From Clostridia bacterium (GTDB taxonomy: Bacteria > Bacillota > Clostridia > Christensenellales > CAG-138): a stretch of DNA of 64,000 bases. Each line of letters begins with the position of its first letter. The stretch's first letter is position 1. The position numbers and the translations under genes were made by a program. This document shows positions 1 to 9,005 of this stretch, piece after piece. The stretch lies in the NCBI GenBank assembly GCA_017435905.1, contig JAFSEB010000071.1:8-64007 (forward strand). Direction: 5' to 3'. The notes below the pieces were generated by a model. It saw only the letters and a list, made by a program, of their open reading frames with translations. It was not told the DNA's origin and made no database searches.

Positions 1-153
1 CCATTTTGCGGTCGAAGAGTCTAAAAAGGCAAGACCGGTTCTATCGGCAGGCGTGTGGTCGAAGGAATAGTGGTGCTATTTCAAGACCGCACAACACACC
101 GATAGGGCCGGTATTGCCTTTCTTAGACCGATGGTTTCTTAACGGGATGCCCC
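1..153 (-). repeat. Dispersed hairpin (REP/MITE-like) repeat, copy 1, cut by window start
   Basis: Reverse complement aligns to 63784-63937 with 4 substitutions and one 1-nt indel in a T-run; contains a long imperfect internal palindrome. Confidence 0.92.
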
Positions 154-189
154 TTTCAACTGCCGCCTTTTTTCATTTTGTTATTTCCG

Positions 190-651
190 CTAAACATCCT
201 TGACCATCACAAGTTCTGTGATGCCCTGTTTCGCCGCATTGGGCAGTTCACCCAGCTTCCAATACCCGAGCCGCTCATAAAAGCGGATGCCGCCGGTATT
301 GAAGTCGCTGACCATCAGTGTCACACGCTTTGCGCCGGATTCCTTCGCAAGCCGTTCAAGCTCGCCCATCAGGAAGGCACCTGCGCCGCAGCCACGGCTC
401 TCCGCATGTACGCCGATCAGGGAAAGATACGGATACAGACCGCAGAACCCCCGCATGGAGATGCGCATCGCACCCACGGGACGGTCGTTTTCATCAAGGG
501 CAAGGTACAGTTCCCCTGCCGCTGCCGCACGGGGCAGGATGTTGTTGAGCCTGCCATCGCTGAAATAGCGTTCGTGGATGGCAGAATTATCGAAGATCTC
601 CACCACACCGGCAGGAAGCTCCGCCGGGCATTTCACAAGATGCAGCGCCAT
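190..651 (-). CDS. GNAT family N-acetyltransferase
   Basis: 153 aa; acetyl-CoA motif (IGVHAESRGCGAG) and N..GIRFYERLGY; 3 bp downstream of anmK. Confidence 0.85.
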   Translation of the reverse strand: MALHLVKCPAELPAGVVEIFDNSAIHERYFSDGRLNNILPRAAAAGELYLALDENDRPVGAMRISMRGFCGLYPYLSLIGVHAESRGCGAGAFLMGELERLAKESGAKRVTLMVSDFNTGGIRFYERLGYWKLGELPNAAKQGITELVMVKDV

Positions 652-654
652 AAC

Positions 655-1857
655 TTACACCTTGTAGGGCAAAGATATCTTGCCCATGATCACAGGCTGC
701 CTTGCGCCGGTCACCGCAGGGAGGGTGTTGGGCATGCCCCGTACCGCACGGTCCGCAAGCAGGGCGAATGCCACGGCTTCCTTCGCATCGCTGTTGAAGC
801 CGAGATCCTCCTGTACACGCACCCTGACGCCATAGGGTTCAAAGCGCTTTTCCATCATGGCCACAAGGGTCTTGTTGTAGCTGCCGCCGCCGCCCACGAT
901 GATCTCCACCGCTTTGTGCTTGGGCAGAATGTAACGCTCATACGCATCCGCAATGGACCATGCTGTCAGGTCGGTCACGGTGGCGACCACATCGTCATCG
1001 CAGAGGCCGAGTTCCTGCTGCATGGCAAGGATATCCCTTGTATACTGCACGCCGAAATGCTCACGGCCGGTGGATTTGGGCAGGGGCTGGCTGTAGTAGG
1101 GATCCGCCTGCAGCTTGCTGAGCAAGGCTTCGGATACCTTGCCCCGAGCGCCCCGGGCGCCGCCTGCATCGTAGGTCTCCCTGCCGTCCGTCAGCGCACT
1201 GACCACCGCATCGATGATCATGTTGCCGGGGCCGGTATCAAAGGCGAACACCGCTTCGGGGCCGGCAGATGCAGGAAGCACCGTTACATTGCCGATGCCG
1301 CCGATGTTCTGGAGGAGGATGGTCTCATCCTGCCGGCGGTAAAGAAGATATTCGGAAAAGGGCACAAGGGGCGCACCCTGACCGCCCTCCGCAATATCCG
1401 CCACGCGGAAATCGGAAACGGTGAGAATACCCGTGCGCTGTGCGATCACGGAGCCTTCGCCGATCTGCACGGTGTAACGGATGGGATAACCGTCCCGGTC
1501 ATCGGGATCGGGCGAATGCCAGATGGTCTGGCCGTGGGAGCCGATGGCATCGATATCCTCGGGCTTCATTCCCGCCTTTTCGATGACGGAAAGCGCTGCC
1601 TTTGCATACAGCTCGCCGAGAAGGAAACTCATGTAGCCCACATCGTCAACGGGAGCGGTATCCGGTCGGAACAGCCTGAAGATCTTTTCCCTGACTGCCG
1701 GCGGAAAGGGCTTGTTCTCAAAAGCAACAAGCCTGACTTCCGGACGCTCTTCGGAACCGGAAAACTCCACAAGGGCAGCATCCACACCGTCCACGGAGGT
1801 ACCGGACATCATGCCCACAACAAGCCGTTTTTCCTTATTCTTTACAAGTTCGTACAC
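655..1857 (-). CDS. anmK: Anhydro-N-acetylmuramic acid kinase
   Basis: GMMSGTSVDGVD, GSHGQT, DFRVADIAEGGQGAPLVP, NIGGIGN, FDTGPGN, KSTGREHF, KEAVAFA motifs. Confidence 0.96.
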   Translation of the reverse strand: MYELVKNKEKRLVVGMMSGTSVDGVDAALVEFSGSEERPEVRLVAFENKPFPPAVREKIFRLFRPDTAPVDDVGYMSFLLGELYAKAALSVIEKAGMKPEDIDAIGSHGQTIWHSPDPDDRDGYPIRYTVQIGEGSVIAQRTGILTVSDFRVADIAEGGQGAPLVPFSEYLLYRRQDETILLQNIGGIGNVTVLPASAGPEAVFAFDTGPGNMIIDAVVSALTDGRETYDAGGARGARGKVSEALLSKLQADPYYSQPLPKSTGREHFGVQYTRDILAMQQELGLCDDDVVATVTDLTAWSIADAYERYILPKHKAVEIIVGGGGSYNKTLVAMMEKRFEPYGVRVRVQEDLGFNSDAKEAVAFALLADRAVRGMPNTLPAVTGARQPVIMGKISLPYKV

Positions 1858-1860
1858 GCT

Positions 1861-2772
1861 TCAGTTCCCCTTTCCTGCTTCGATGGCTTCTGCAAGGCGT
1901 CCGCCGCAGCGGTCGAGGACCGCCTGTGCCGCCTGCGCATCAAGACCCGTTTCGATCATAAGAATGGCAAGCTTCACATGGGAATTTGCCTTGACGATAT
2001 ATTCGCCCGCCGTTTCGCTGTCAACGCCGGTGGCGTGGCAGATGAGCCTTCTTGCACGGTCTTCAAGCTTTTTGTTGCTGGCCTTCAGATCCACCATCAG
2101 GTTGCCGTACACCTTGCCCATCTTGACCATGGAGCAGGTGGTGAGCATGTTGAGCACCATCTTCTGGGCGGTGCCGGACTTCATGCGGGTGGAGCCGGAG
2201 ATGACTTCGGGACCGACCTTGGGGGCGATGGTCACATCGCACACCTTTTCAAGCTTGGAGTTTGCATTGGTGCAAAGGCCGATGGCCGCGGCGCCAAGCT
2301 CTTTTGCGTGCTCCACCGCCGCAAGCACATAAGGTGCGCTGCCGCTGGCAGTGATGCCCACAACGGCATCCTTTTCATTCACGTGCAGCTCATCGATGAT
2401 GGCAATGCCGTCTTCCCTGCTGTCCTCGCAGCCTTCCACGGGGCGGCGGAGGGCAATGTCGCCGCCGGCGATGTAGCCCTGTACCATATCGGGATCTACA
2501 CCGAAGGTAGGAAGGCATTCGGACGCATCGAGAACGCCGAGGCGCCCGGAGGTGCCTGCACCAAGGTAGATCAGCCGTCCGCCGTTTTCAAGGCGGGGGT
2601 AGATCATATCGATCGCCTTGGCGATGTTTTCCGCTTCCGCACCCACCGCACCGGCAACAAGAGCATCCTGCCTGTTGATCATGGTCACCATATCGATGGT
2701 GGAGCAGCGGTCGATGCCCTTGGTATCTTCGTTGACGCTTTCCGTGGCAAGACCTGCCAGATATTTATCCAT
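1861..2772 (-). CDS. murQ: N-acetylmuramic acid 6-phosphate etherase
   Basis: GAGTSGRLGVLDASEC, GPEVISGSTRMKSGTAQKMVLNM, GNLMVD motifs; GGAGG RBS. Confidence 0.97.
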   Translation of the reverse strand: MDKYLAGLATESVNEDTKGIDRCSTIDMVTMINRQDALVAGAVGAEAENIAKAIDMIYPRLENGGRLIYLGAGTSGRLGVLDASECLPTFGVDPDMVQGYIAGGDIALRRPVEGCEDSREDGIAIIDELHVNEKDAVVGITASGSAPYVLAAVEHAKELGAAAIGLCTNANSKLEKVCDVTIAPKVGPEVISGSTRMKSGTAQKMVLNMLTTCSMVKMGKVYGNLMVDLKASNKKLEDRARRLICHATGVDSETAGEYIVKANSHVKLAILMIETGLDAQAAQAVLDRCGGRLAEAIEAGKGN

Positions 2773-2804
2773 AAGTAACGTACCTCCGAAAGGTTGTTAA
2801 AATT

Positions 2805-2834
2805 AGCCTATCCCATTGTCATGCAGTCTGTCAA
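2805..2834 (-). promoter_or_regulatory. Putative sigma-A promoter of murQ-anmK-GNAT
   Basis: TTGACA-18-TAGGCT on minus strand upstream of the murQ RBS. Confidence 0.5.
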
Positions 2835-2948
2835 CAGAGAGAAAAAAGAATTTGTGCAAAATAAAACGTTCCCTGTTCACGCAAATCCCTCACCCGTATG
2901 CAATTCCTGAATTTTCTGAAAACAATAGCTTTTTTTCATGTTTTTCTG

Positions 2949-2977
2949 TAGACAGATACATACGTAAATGGTATACT
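2949..2977 (+). promoter_or_regulatory. Putative sigma-A promoter of hydrolase/ABC operon
   Basis: TAGACA-17-TATACT with TG extension; implies a ~280 nt leader. Confidence 0.6.
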
Positions 2978-3262
2978 GTACATGATTTGTCAGACCACTT
3001 GCTGTGGCTGATCAACACACTTTCACACACAGCAATATTTGTTACCTTTCCGACTTGGCGTTGTATCATTCGAACACGGTGCAGCACACTCGCACCCGAT
3101 ATCGGCGGCAGGCTTTTGTTTTGCCACCACACAGCGGCAAGGTACTTTGTATGAACGCCGGGCAGTGACCTTTGTGCGCAGGCACCCTCTTTCTTTTTTG
3201 ATGCAGCTAACGCAACCACCATGCTGCCCGGCTTCATTTTACAGATCAACAGGAGGTCATTT

Positions 3263-4300
3263 ATGAACATCGATCCCAAGATGCTCGACTCCATCCTTGA
3301 AAAATACCGTGCGGAAGGCTACTTCCCCGCTGCGGTATGTCAGGTTTTCGATAAGGAAAAAACGCTTTACCACAACTGCGTCGGTCCCGTGGAAAAGGAC
3401 ACCTGGTTCGATCTTGCTTCCGTCAGCAAGATCGTGTGCACCACCATGCTGCTTTTCGCCATGGAAGAAGGCCGCGTTTCCCCCGAAGACAGGGTGCTTT
3501 CCCGCCTTCCCGTCAACGGCCCCCTTTCCGTTACCCGTGAAAGGCTCAGGGATGTCACGGTGTTTCAGCTTCTGACCCACACCTCCGGCATCGTGCCCTG
3601 GTTCCCCTTCTACAGCGACGGGCGTGATTTTTACACCGTTCTTGAGCGTGTTCTTTCCTCCACCCCCGTGGAGACGGGCATGGCTTACAGCGACCTCAAT
3701 TTCATGCTCCTCGGCCTCATTTTCACCCATGTGACGGGGCTCACCCTCCGTGAAGGTCTTGAGCATTACATCCGTCCCATCGTGGGCGAAGGCATGGCTT
3801 ACGGCCCCGTTGAGCCTTCCCTCTGCGCACCGAGCTGCTACGGCAACCAGATCGAACAGCGCATGTGCGCCGAACGCAATCTGACCTTTGACGGCTGGCG
3901 CGAAAACGGCGTCGAGGTGCGTGGCAGCGTCAACGACGGCAACGCCTTCTATTATTGGAACGGCGCCAGCGGCCACGCAGGCGTGTTCGCCACTTCGGAA
4001 GCACTCAGCCGCCTTTGCATGTTCTATCTGAACACCGAAAAGCCCATCTTCCTTAGGGCGATGGAGACCACCCTCAACGAGCGGGGTCTCGGCTTTGACA
4101 AGACCGTCACCTTCCCCGAGGGCTGCGGACACACCGGCTTCACCGGCACCGGCATGTGGATCAGCCGCAGGAACGGCATCGGTGCGGTAACGCTGACCAA
4201 CAAGTTCCACCGCCTTGAAGGCGCCCCCGGCAACACCAACGAGTTCCGCCGGGCCATCCATTACACGCTGCTTGGGCAGGAAGCGCCCATCGTGCAGTAA
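3263..4300 (+). CDS. Serine hydrolase, beta-lactamase/PBP fold (AmiE-like muropeptide amidase candidate)
   Basis: FDLASVSK (SxxK), LLTHTSG, YSD, GHAG, GHTGFTG; AGGAGG RBS before ATG 3263. Confidence 0.85.
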   Translation: MNIDPKMLDSILEKYRAEGYFPAAVCQVFDKEKTLYHNCVGPVEKDTWFDLASVSKIVCTTMLLFAMEEGRVSPEDRVLSRLPVNGPLSVTRERLRDVTVFQLLTHTSGIVPWFPFYSDGRDFYTVLERVLSSTPVETGMAYSDLNFMLLGLIFTHVTGLTLREGLEHYIRPIVGEGMAYGPVEPSLCAPSCYGNQIEQRMCAERNLTFDGWRENGVEVRGSVNDGNAFYYWNGASGHAGVFATSEALSRLCMFYLNTEKPIFLRAMETTLNERGLGFDKTVTFPEGCGHTGFTGTGMWISRRNGIGAVTLTNKFHRLEGAPGNTNEFRRAIHYTLLGQEAPIVQ

Positions 4301-4358
4301 ACGGTATCTGCAGGCATAGCCTGTGATATAAAAATTATTTTCGGAAAGAGGTAACACA

Positions 4359-6023
4359 ATGAAAAAGCTTCTGTCCCTGATGCTGGCTGTCATGATGATC
4401 GCCAGCGTACTGGCAGGCTGCGGCAAGACCACCACCACCGAGCCTGAAGCCAGCACCGCTCCCGAGGCTTCCACTGCCCCCGAAGCCAGCACTGCCCCCG
4501 AAGCCAGCACCGCTCCCGAGGCTTCCACCGAGCCCGAAGCACCCGCTGAGCCCATGATCCTCCGCTGGGGTGCGGATTCCGAACCCACCGGCTTCGATCC
4601 CCACACCGTTTCTGAGGAAGCTTCCCTCCGTGTCATTCCCCAGCTGTATGAGACTCTCCTCGGTCAGGACGAGAACCTCAACTACTACGGCGAACTCGCC
4701 GAGAGCTGGGAAGTTGCTCCCGATGGTCTTTCCTACACCATCAAGCTCCGTGAAGGCGTGAAGTTCCACTCCGGCAACGAGATGGACGCTGAAGCCGTCA
4801 AGTACTCCTTCGAGCGCGTTCTCGGTCGTACCGAGGCCGGCGACATCGGTGCTTTCGGCAGCAAGGCGACCTACTTCGGCAACATCGACACCATCGAAGT
4901 TGTTGACAAGTACACCGTCAAGTTCAACCTCACCACCGTTACTTCCGTATTCCTCAGCAACCTCTGCAGCAACTACGGCGCCATCGTTGACCCCGCTGTT
5001 GTTAAGGAAAACGGCGACCTCATGCGTGCTGACGGCGGCACCGGCCCCTTCAAGCTTGATGAGTGGATGCCCAACAACTACGTAAGCGTTGTAAAGTTCG
5101 AAGAGTACTGGGATGCCGACCGTGTTAAGCTCGACGGTATCACCTACTACCTCGTTGGCGACGAAGCTGCCCGTCTGGCTGCTCTCCGTACCGGCGAAGT
5201 CCACATTTCCACCCTTTCCGCTTCCAACGTACAGGCTGCCGCTAAGGAAGAGAACCTGACCGTTGCCAGCTACCAGACCAGCAACTACATCGCCATCGGC
5301 CTCAACGCTTCCACTCCTGCCCTCCAGGATAAGAACGTCCGTCAGGCGATCTGCTACGCCATCGACCGTCAGAACGTCATCGACATCGTGTTCTCCGGCG
5401 AAGCTATCCCCACCCACATCATTCCTCCCTCCACCGGTCACTGGTCCGTGCCCCTTGAGAAGTACGACCTGTACACCACCAACGTGGAAAAGGCCAAGCA
5501 GATGATGGAAGCTGCCGGCTACAACGAGAACAACCGCCTCACCCTTAAGGTTGCCGCCGGTCTTCTCGACAGCATCCGTCAGACCGCTGTTGTTGTTGAC
5601 CAGCAGCTCGATCCCATCTACGTTGACTTCGAGATCGTGAACCTCGAGTCCGGTGAATACGTAGACGTATGGTACAAGATGGGCACCCCCGAAGCCGGCT
5701 TTGACGCCATGGTCGTTCAGGACGGTTCCGGCACCGACCCGAACCGCGGTATCGGCATGTTCTTCACCACCGACGGCAGCGCCAGCGTATTCGGTTTCTC
5801 CAACGCCCGTGTTGACGAGCTCTGCGAGCTTGCTCTTGCCACCGCTGATGAACCCACCCGTGAAGCTTACTACAACGAGTGCCAGGACATCATCATTGAC
5901 GACGCCGGTAAGATCGGTGTTGCAAGCCCCATGGCTTACTTCGTGATCAGCAAGGACCTCCAGGGCTTCGTTCCCACCCTTGCCGACAGCAGCAACTACC
6001 GCGACGCTTGGCTCGAAAACTAA
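4359..6023 (+). CDS. ABC transporter substrate-binding lipoprotein, family 5 (OppA/DppA-like)
   Basis: Lipobox LAGC; LAESWEV, LREGVKFH, GTGPFKL, VRQAICYAIDR motifs. Confidence 0.93.
   Translation: MKKLLSLMLAVMMIASVLAGCGKTTTTEPEASTAPEASTAPEASTAPEASTAPEASTEPEAPAEPMILRWGADSEPTGFDPHTVSEEASLRVIPQLYETLLGQDENLNYYGELAESWEVAPDGLSYTIKLREGVKFHSGNEMDAEAVKYSFERVLGRTEAGDIGAFGSKATYFGNIDTIEVVDKYTVKFNLTTVTSVFLSNLCSNYGAIVDPAVVKENGDLMRADGGTGPFKLDEWMPNNYVSVVKFEEYWDADRVKLDGITYYLVGDEAARLAALRTGEVHISTLSASNVQAAAKEENLTVASYQTSNYIAIGLNASTPALQDKNVRQAICYAIDRQNVIDIVFSGEAIPTHIIPPSTGHWSVPLEKYDLYTTNVEKAKQMMEAAGYNENNRLTLKVAAGLLDSIRQTAVVVDQQLDPIYVDFEIVNLESGEYVDVWYKMGTPEAGFDAMVVQDGSGTDPNRGIGMFFTTDGSASVFGFSNARVDELCELALATADEPTREAYYNECQDIIIDDAGKIGVASPMAYFVISKDLQGFVPTLADSSNYRDAWLEN
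4443..4550 (+). repeat. 18-bp coding tandem repeat (PEASTA linker, ~6 units)
   Basis: cctgaagccagcaccgct / cccgaggcttccactgcc / cccgaagccagcactgcc ... directly after the lipobox. Confidence 0.9.
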
Positions 6024-6036
6024 TCTTTGCGCCTTT

Positions 6037-6069
6037 GGGATGGGGCGGGTTACCGCCCCATCCTCTTTA
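6037..6069 (+). terminator. Stem-loop after the binding-protein gene
   Basis: ggatggggcgg-gtta-ccgccccatcc followed by tcttt. Confidence 0.6.
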
Positions 6070-6184
6070 CGCTTACAGGTTGAGGTCTGACAAAGCCAAC
6101 CCCTCACCGTTTGGCATTTGTCAGCTCTCAACCCATGCAAGAAACAACGGCAGAAAACAGCCTGCCGCCTCAGGAGAGTGAAAA

Positions 6185-7129
6185 ATGAGAAATTATATCA
6201 TTCGCCGTATCATTCAGCTGCTGCCCGTTCTTTTCGGCATCAGCGTGCTCATCTTCGCCGTTATGAAGATGATCCCGGGCGATGTTATCTCCGGTATTCT
6301 CGGCATTGAAGCCACCGAAGAACTTCGCCACCAGTTGGAAGTGAAGTTCGGCCTCGACAGGCCCTATATCGTCCAGTATCTCGATTGGATCAGCGGTGTG
6401 TTTATCGGTGACTTCGGCGAGTCTATCCGTACCGGTAACCCCATCCTGCCCGACATCATGCAGCGCATGCGTGTGACCGCCGAGCTCGCCATCCTTTCCG
6501 CCGTGATCTCCTGGATCATTGCGATCCCCCTCGGCATCGTCGCCGCTGTGAAGCGCAACACCTGGGTAGACCGCTTCGTGCGTGTTTTCGCCCTTCTCGG
6601 CGTCTCCGTGCCCGGCTTCGCCACCTGTATCTGCGTGATCCTTGCGCTTTCCCTTATGTTCAATTATTATTCCCCGCTGGGCTTCGTGTTCTTCGTGGAC
6701 GATCCCATGCTGAACCTTGAAATGATCATCCTTCCGGCGCTCATCAACGGCTTCAGCATTTCCGGTTCCGTCATGCGTATGACACGTTCCTCCATGCTGG
6801 AAGTGCTCAGGCAGGACTTCATCAAGACCGTCCGTGCAAAGGGCGCAAGCGAAAAGGTTGCCATCTTTAAGCACGCCTTCCGCAATGCGATGATCCCCGT
6901 TGTCACCCTCATCGGCATGCAGATCGGTTCCCTTCTTGGCGGCGGCGTCATCATGGAGCAGATCTTCTCCCTGCCGGGTCTCGGCCAGCTTGCCGTTACC
7001 GCCATCAACCAGCGTGACTACCCGGTGGTTCAGGGCTGTACCCTCGTGATCGCATTCATCTTCGTTATCGTGAACCTGATCACGGACCTGCTGTACGCCT
7101 TCATCGATCCCCGAATTTCTTATAATTGA
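6185..7129 (+). CDS. ABC permease (OppB/DppB-like)
   Basis: MRNYIIRRI start; QDFIKTVRAKG EAA loop; RDYPVVQG; DPRI end. Confidence 0.94.
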   Translation: MRNYIIRRIIQLLPVLFGISVLIFAVMKMIPGDVISGILGIEATEELRHQLEVKFGLDRPYIVQYLDWISGVFIGDFGESIRTGNPILPDIMQRMRVTAELAILSAVISWIIAIPLGIVAAVKRNTWVDRFVRVFALLGVSVPGFATCICVILALSLMFNYYSPLGFVFFVDDPMLNLEMIILPALINGFSISGSVMRMTRSSMLEVLRQDFIKTVRAKGASEKVAIFKHAFRNAMIPVVTLIGMQIGSLLGGGVIMEQIFSLPGLGQLAVTAINQRDYPVVQGCTLVIAFIFVIVNLITDLLYAFIDPRISYN

Positions 7130-7130
7130 G

Positions 7131-7976
7131 GTGAGCACTTTGAGAAGATTTGGACAAACCATCAAAGATCTTTGGCGCGATCCCATGGCGCGTGTGTGCA
7201 TCGTGGGCATCTTCCTGATCATCCTTACTGCGGTGCTGGCCCCCGTTATTGCCCCCTACCAGCCGGACCACATGATCGCAGCTCCTAAGTCTGCCCCTGC
7301 AAAGGATTACCTTTTCGGCACGGACAACTACGGCCGTGACGTCTTCAGCCGTGTGATCTACGGCGCCCGTGTTTCCCTTTGGGTCGGCCTCATTGCCGTT
7401 GGCATCGGCGCCGGCGCAGGCTACGTTGTCGGCATGATCGCCGGCTACTTCGAGGGCTGGACCGATACCGTCATCATGCGCATCATGGACATCCTGTTTG
7501 CGTTCCCCTCCATCCTCCTTGCGATCCTGATCTCCACGGTGCTTGGCCGCGGTCTCGGCGCAACGATGGTGGCCATCGGTATCGTCAACATCCCGGTATT
7601 CGCACGTACCGTCCGTGCATCGGTCATTGCGGCAAAGGGTCTTGAGTATGTAAAGAACGCCCAGAGCGTTGGCGTAAAGACCGTTTACGTTCTTATCCGC
7701 CACATCTCCCCCAACGTCATCGCACCCTTCACCGTGCAGTCCACCCTTGCGCTTTCCGGTGCGATCCTGACCGAGGCTGCCATGAGCTTCCTTGGCCTTG
7801 GCATCCAGCCGCCGGATCCTTCCTGGGGTTCCATGCTGTCCGAAGCCCGTGCCTTTATGGAGCAGGCTCCCTGGATGGTCATCTTCCCCACCATCTTTAT
7901 CGTGATCACCATTCTGCTGTTCAACGTTTTGGGCGACAGTCTCCGTGACGTGCTCGACCCGAAGCTGAAGCTTTGA
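7131..7976 (+). CDS. ABC permease (OppC/DppC-like)
   Basis: FGTDNYGRDVFSR, LSFLGLG-type motif, PSWGSML, GDSLRDVLDPK. Confidence 0.94.
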   Translation: MSTLRRFGQTIKDLWRDPMARVCIVGIFLIILTAVLAPVIAPYQPDHMIAAPKSAPAKDYLFGTDNYGRDVFSRVIYGARVSLWVGLIAVGIGAGAGYVVGMIAGYFEGWTDTVIMRIMDILFAFPSILLAILISTVLGRGLGATMVAIGIVNIPVFARTVRASVIAAKGLEYVKNAQSVGVKTVYVLIRHISPNVIAPFTVQSTLALSGAILTEAAMSFLGLGIQPPDPSWGSMLSEARAFMEQAPWMVIFPTIFIVITILLFNVLGDSLRDVLDPKLKL

Positions 7977-7994
7977 TAGGAGGAAAAGATAGAT

Positions 7995-9002
7995 ATGGAT
8001 CATCTGCTTGAGATTCGCAATCTCTCTATCGATCTGCCCAGGGGCAAGAAGCTTCCTCCCATCAAGCTGGTGGAAGGGATCGACCTTGACATCAACAAGA
8101 AACAGAACTTCGGCGTGGTCGGTGAATCCGGCTGCGGCAAGTCCATCACCTGCAACGCCATCATGGGTCTTCTTTCCTACCCCCTTAAGGTCGGTAAGGG
8201 AAGCTCCATCCGCTTCCAGAACAGCAACGGCAAGGAGCAGGAGATCGTCGGCATGGCGCCCCAGGAGCTGTGCAAGATCCGCGGCAACGAGATCTCCATG
8301 ATCTTCCAGGAGCCCATGACCGCTCTCGACCCCATGTACACCATTGAGCAGCAGATCAACGAAGCACTCAGCTTCCACACCAATCTGACCAAGGCGGAGA
8401 TGCACGATGCTTCCCTTGAAATGCTTAAGAAGGTGAAGATCCCCCGTGCGGAAGAGATCCTTCGGGATTATCCCCACCACCTTTCCGGCGGTATGCTGCA
8501 GCGTGTGATGATCGCCATCGCCCTCATCAACAATCCCCGCCTGCTCATTGCCGACGAACCCACCACCGCCCTTGACGTGACCATTCAGGCACAGATCCTT
8601 GACCTGATGAACGAGCTCAGGGAAAGCTACGATACCTCCGTGATCATGATCACCCATGACCTTGGCGTTATCGCCGAGACCTGTGAGCATGTGGCAGTAT
8701 TCTATGCAGGTCAGGTCGTGGAAGAAGCCAGCGTTGTGGATATCTTCCATCACACTGCCCACCCCTACACCGAGGGTCTGCTCCGCTCCGTTACCAGCCT
8801 TGGCAACGCAAAGAAAGAGCTTTACACCATCAAGGGTATGGTTCCCTCCGCAGGCAACTTCAGCACCGGCTGCCGCTTTGCAGACCGCTGCGACCGCTGC
8901 ATGGATAAGTGCAAGACCGAATGTCCGCCGCTCGTTGAGATCGAAACCGGCCACAAGTGCCGCTGCTGGCTCCACATTGACGGCGCAGTAGAGGAGGCGT
9001 AA
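7995..9002 (+). CDS. ABC ATPase (OppD/DppD-like)
   Basis: [24 protein letters not shown]-terminal Cys cluster. Confidence 0.95.
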   Translation: MDHLLEIRNLSIDLPRGKKLPPIKLVEGIDLDINKKQNFGVVGESGCGKSITCNAIMGLLSYPLKVGKGSSIRFQNSNGKEQEIVGMAPQELCKIRGNEISMIFQEPMTALDPMYTIEQQINEALSFHTNLTKAEMHDASLEMLKKVKIPRAEEILRDYPHHLSGGMLQRVMIAIALINNPRLLIADEPTTALDVTIQAQILDLMNELRESYDTSVIMITHDLGVIAETCEHVAVFYAGQVVEEASVVDIFHHTAHPYTEGLLRSVTSLGNAKKELYTIKGMVPSAGNFSTGCRFADRCDRCMDKCKTECPPLVEIETGHKCRCWLHIDGAVEEA

Positions 9003-9005
9003 CGT

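Noticed and set aside
178-2778. Very long antisense ORFs (866 aa here; also 7101-10118, 39968-43216, 46456-49524, 57425-61240)
   Set aside because: They mirror well-supported genes on the opposite strand, lack motifs and RBSs, and are expected from strong GC3 codon bias.
2890-3294. 134-aa minus-strand ORF and 2816-3154 plus-strand ORF
   Set aside because: They cover promoter and leader sequence, have atypical composition and no recognisable motifs.
3263-4300. Beta-lactamase resistance gene
   Set aside because: No signal peptide; the anmK/murQ context points to muropeptide recycling.
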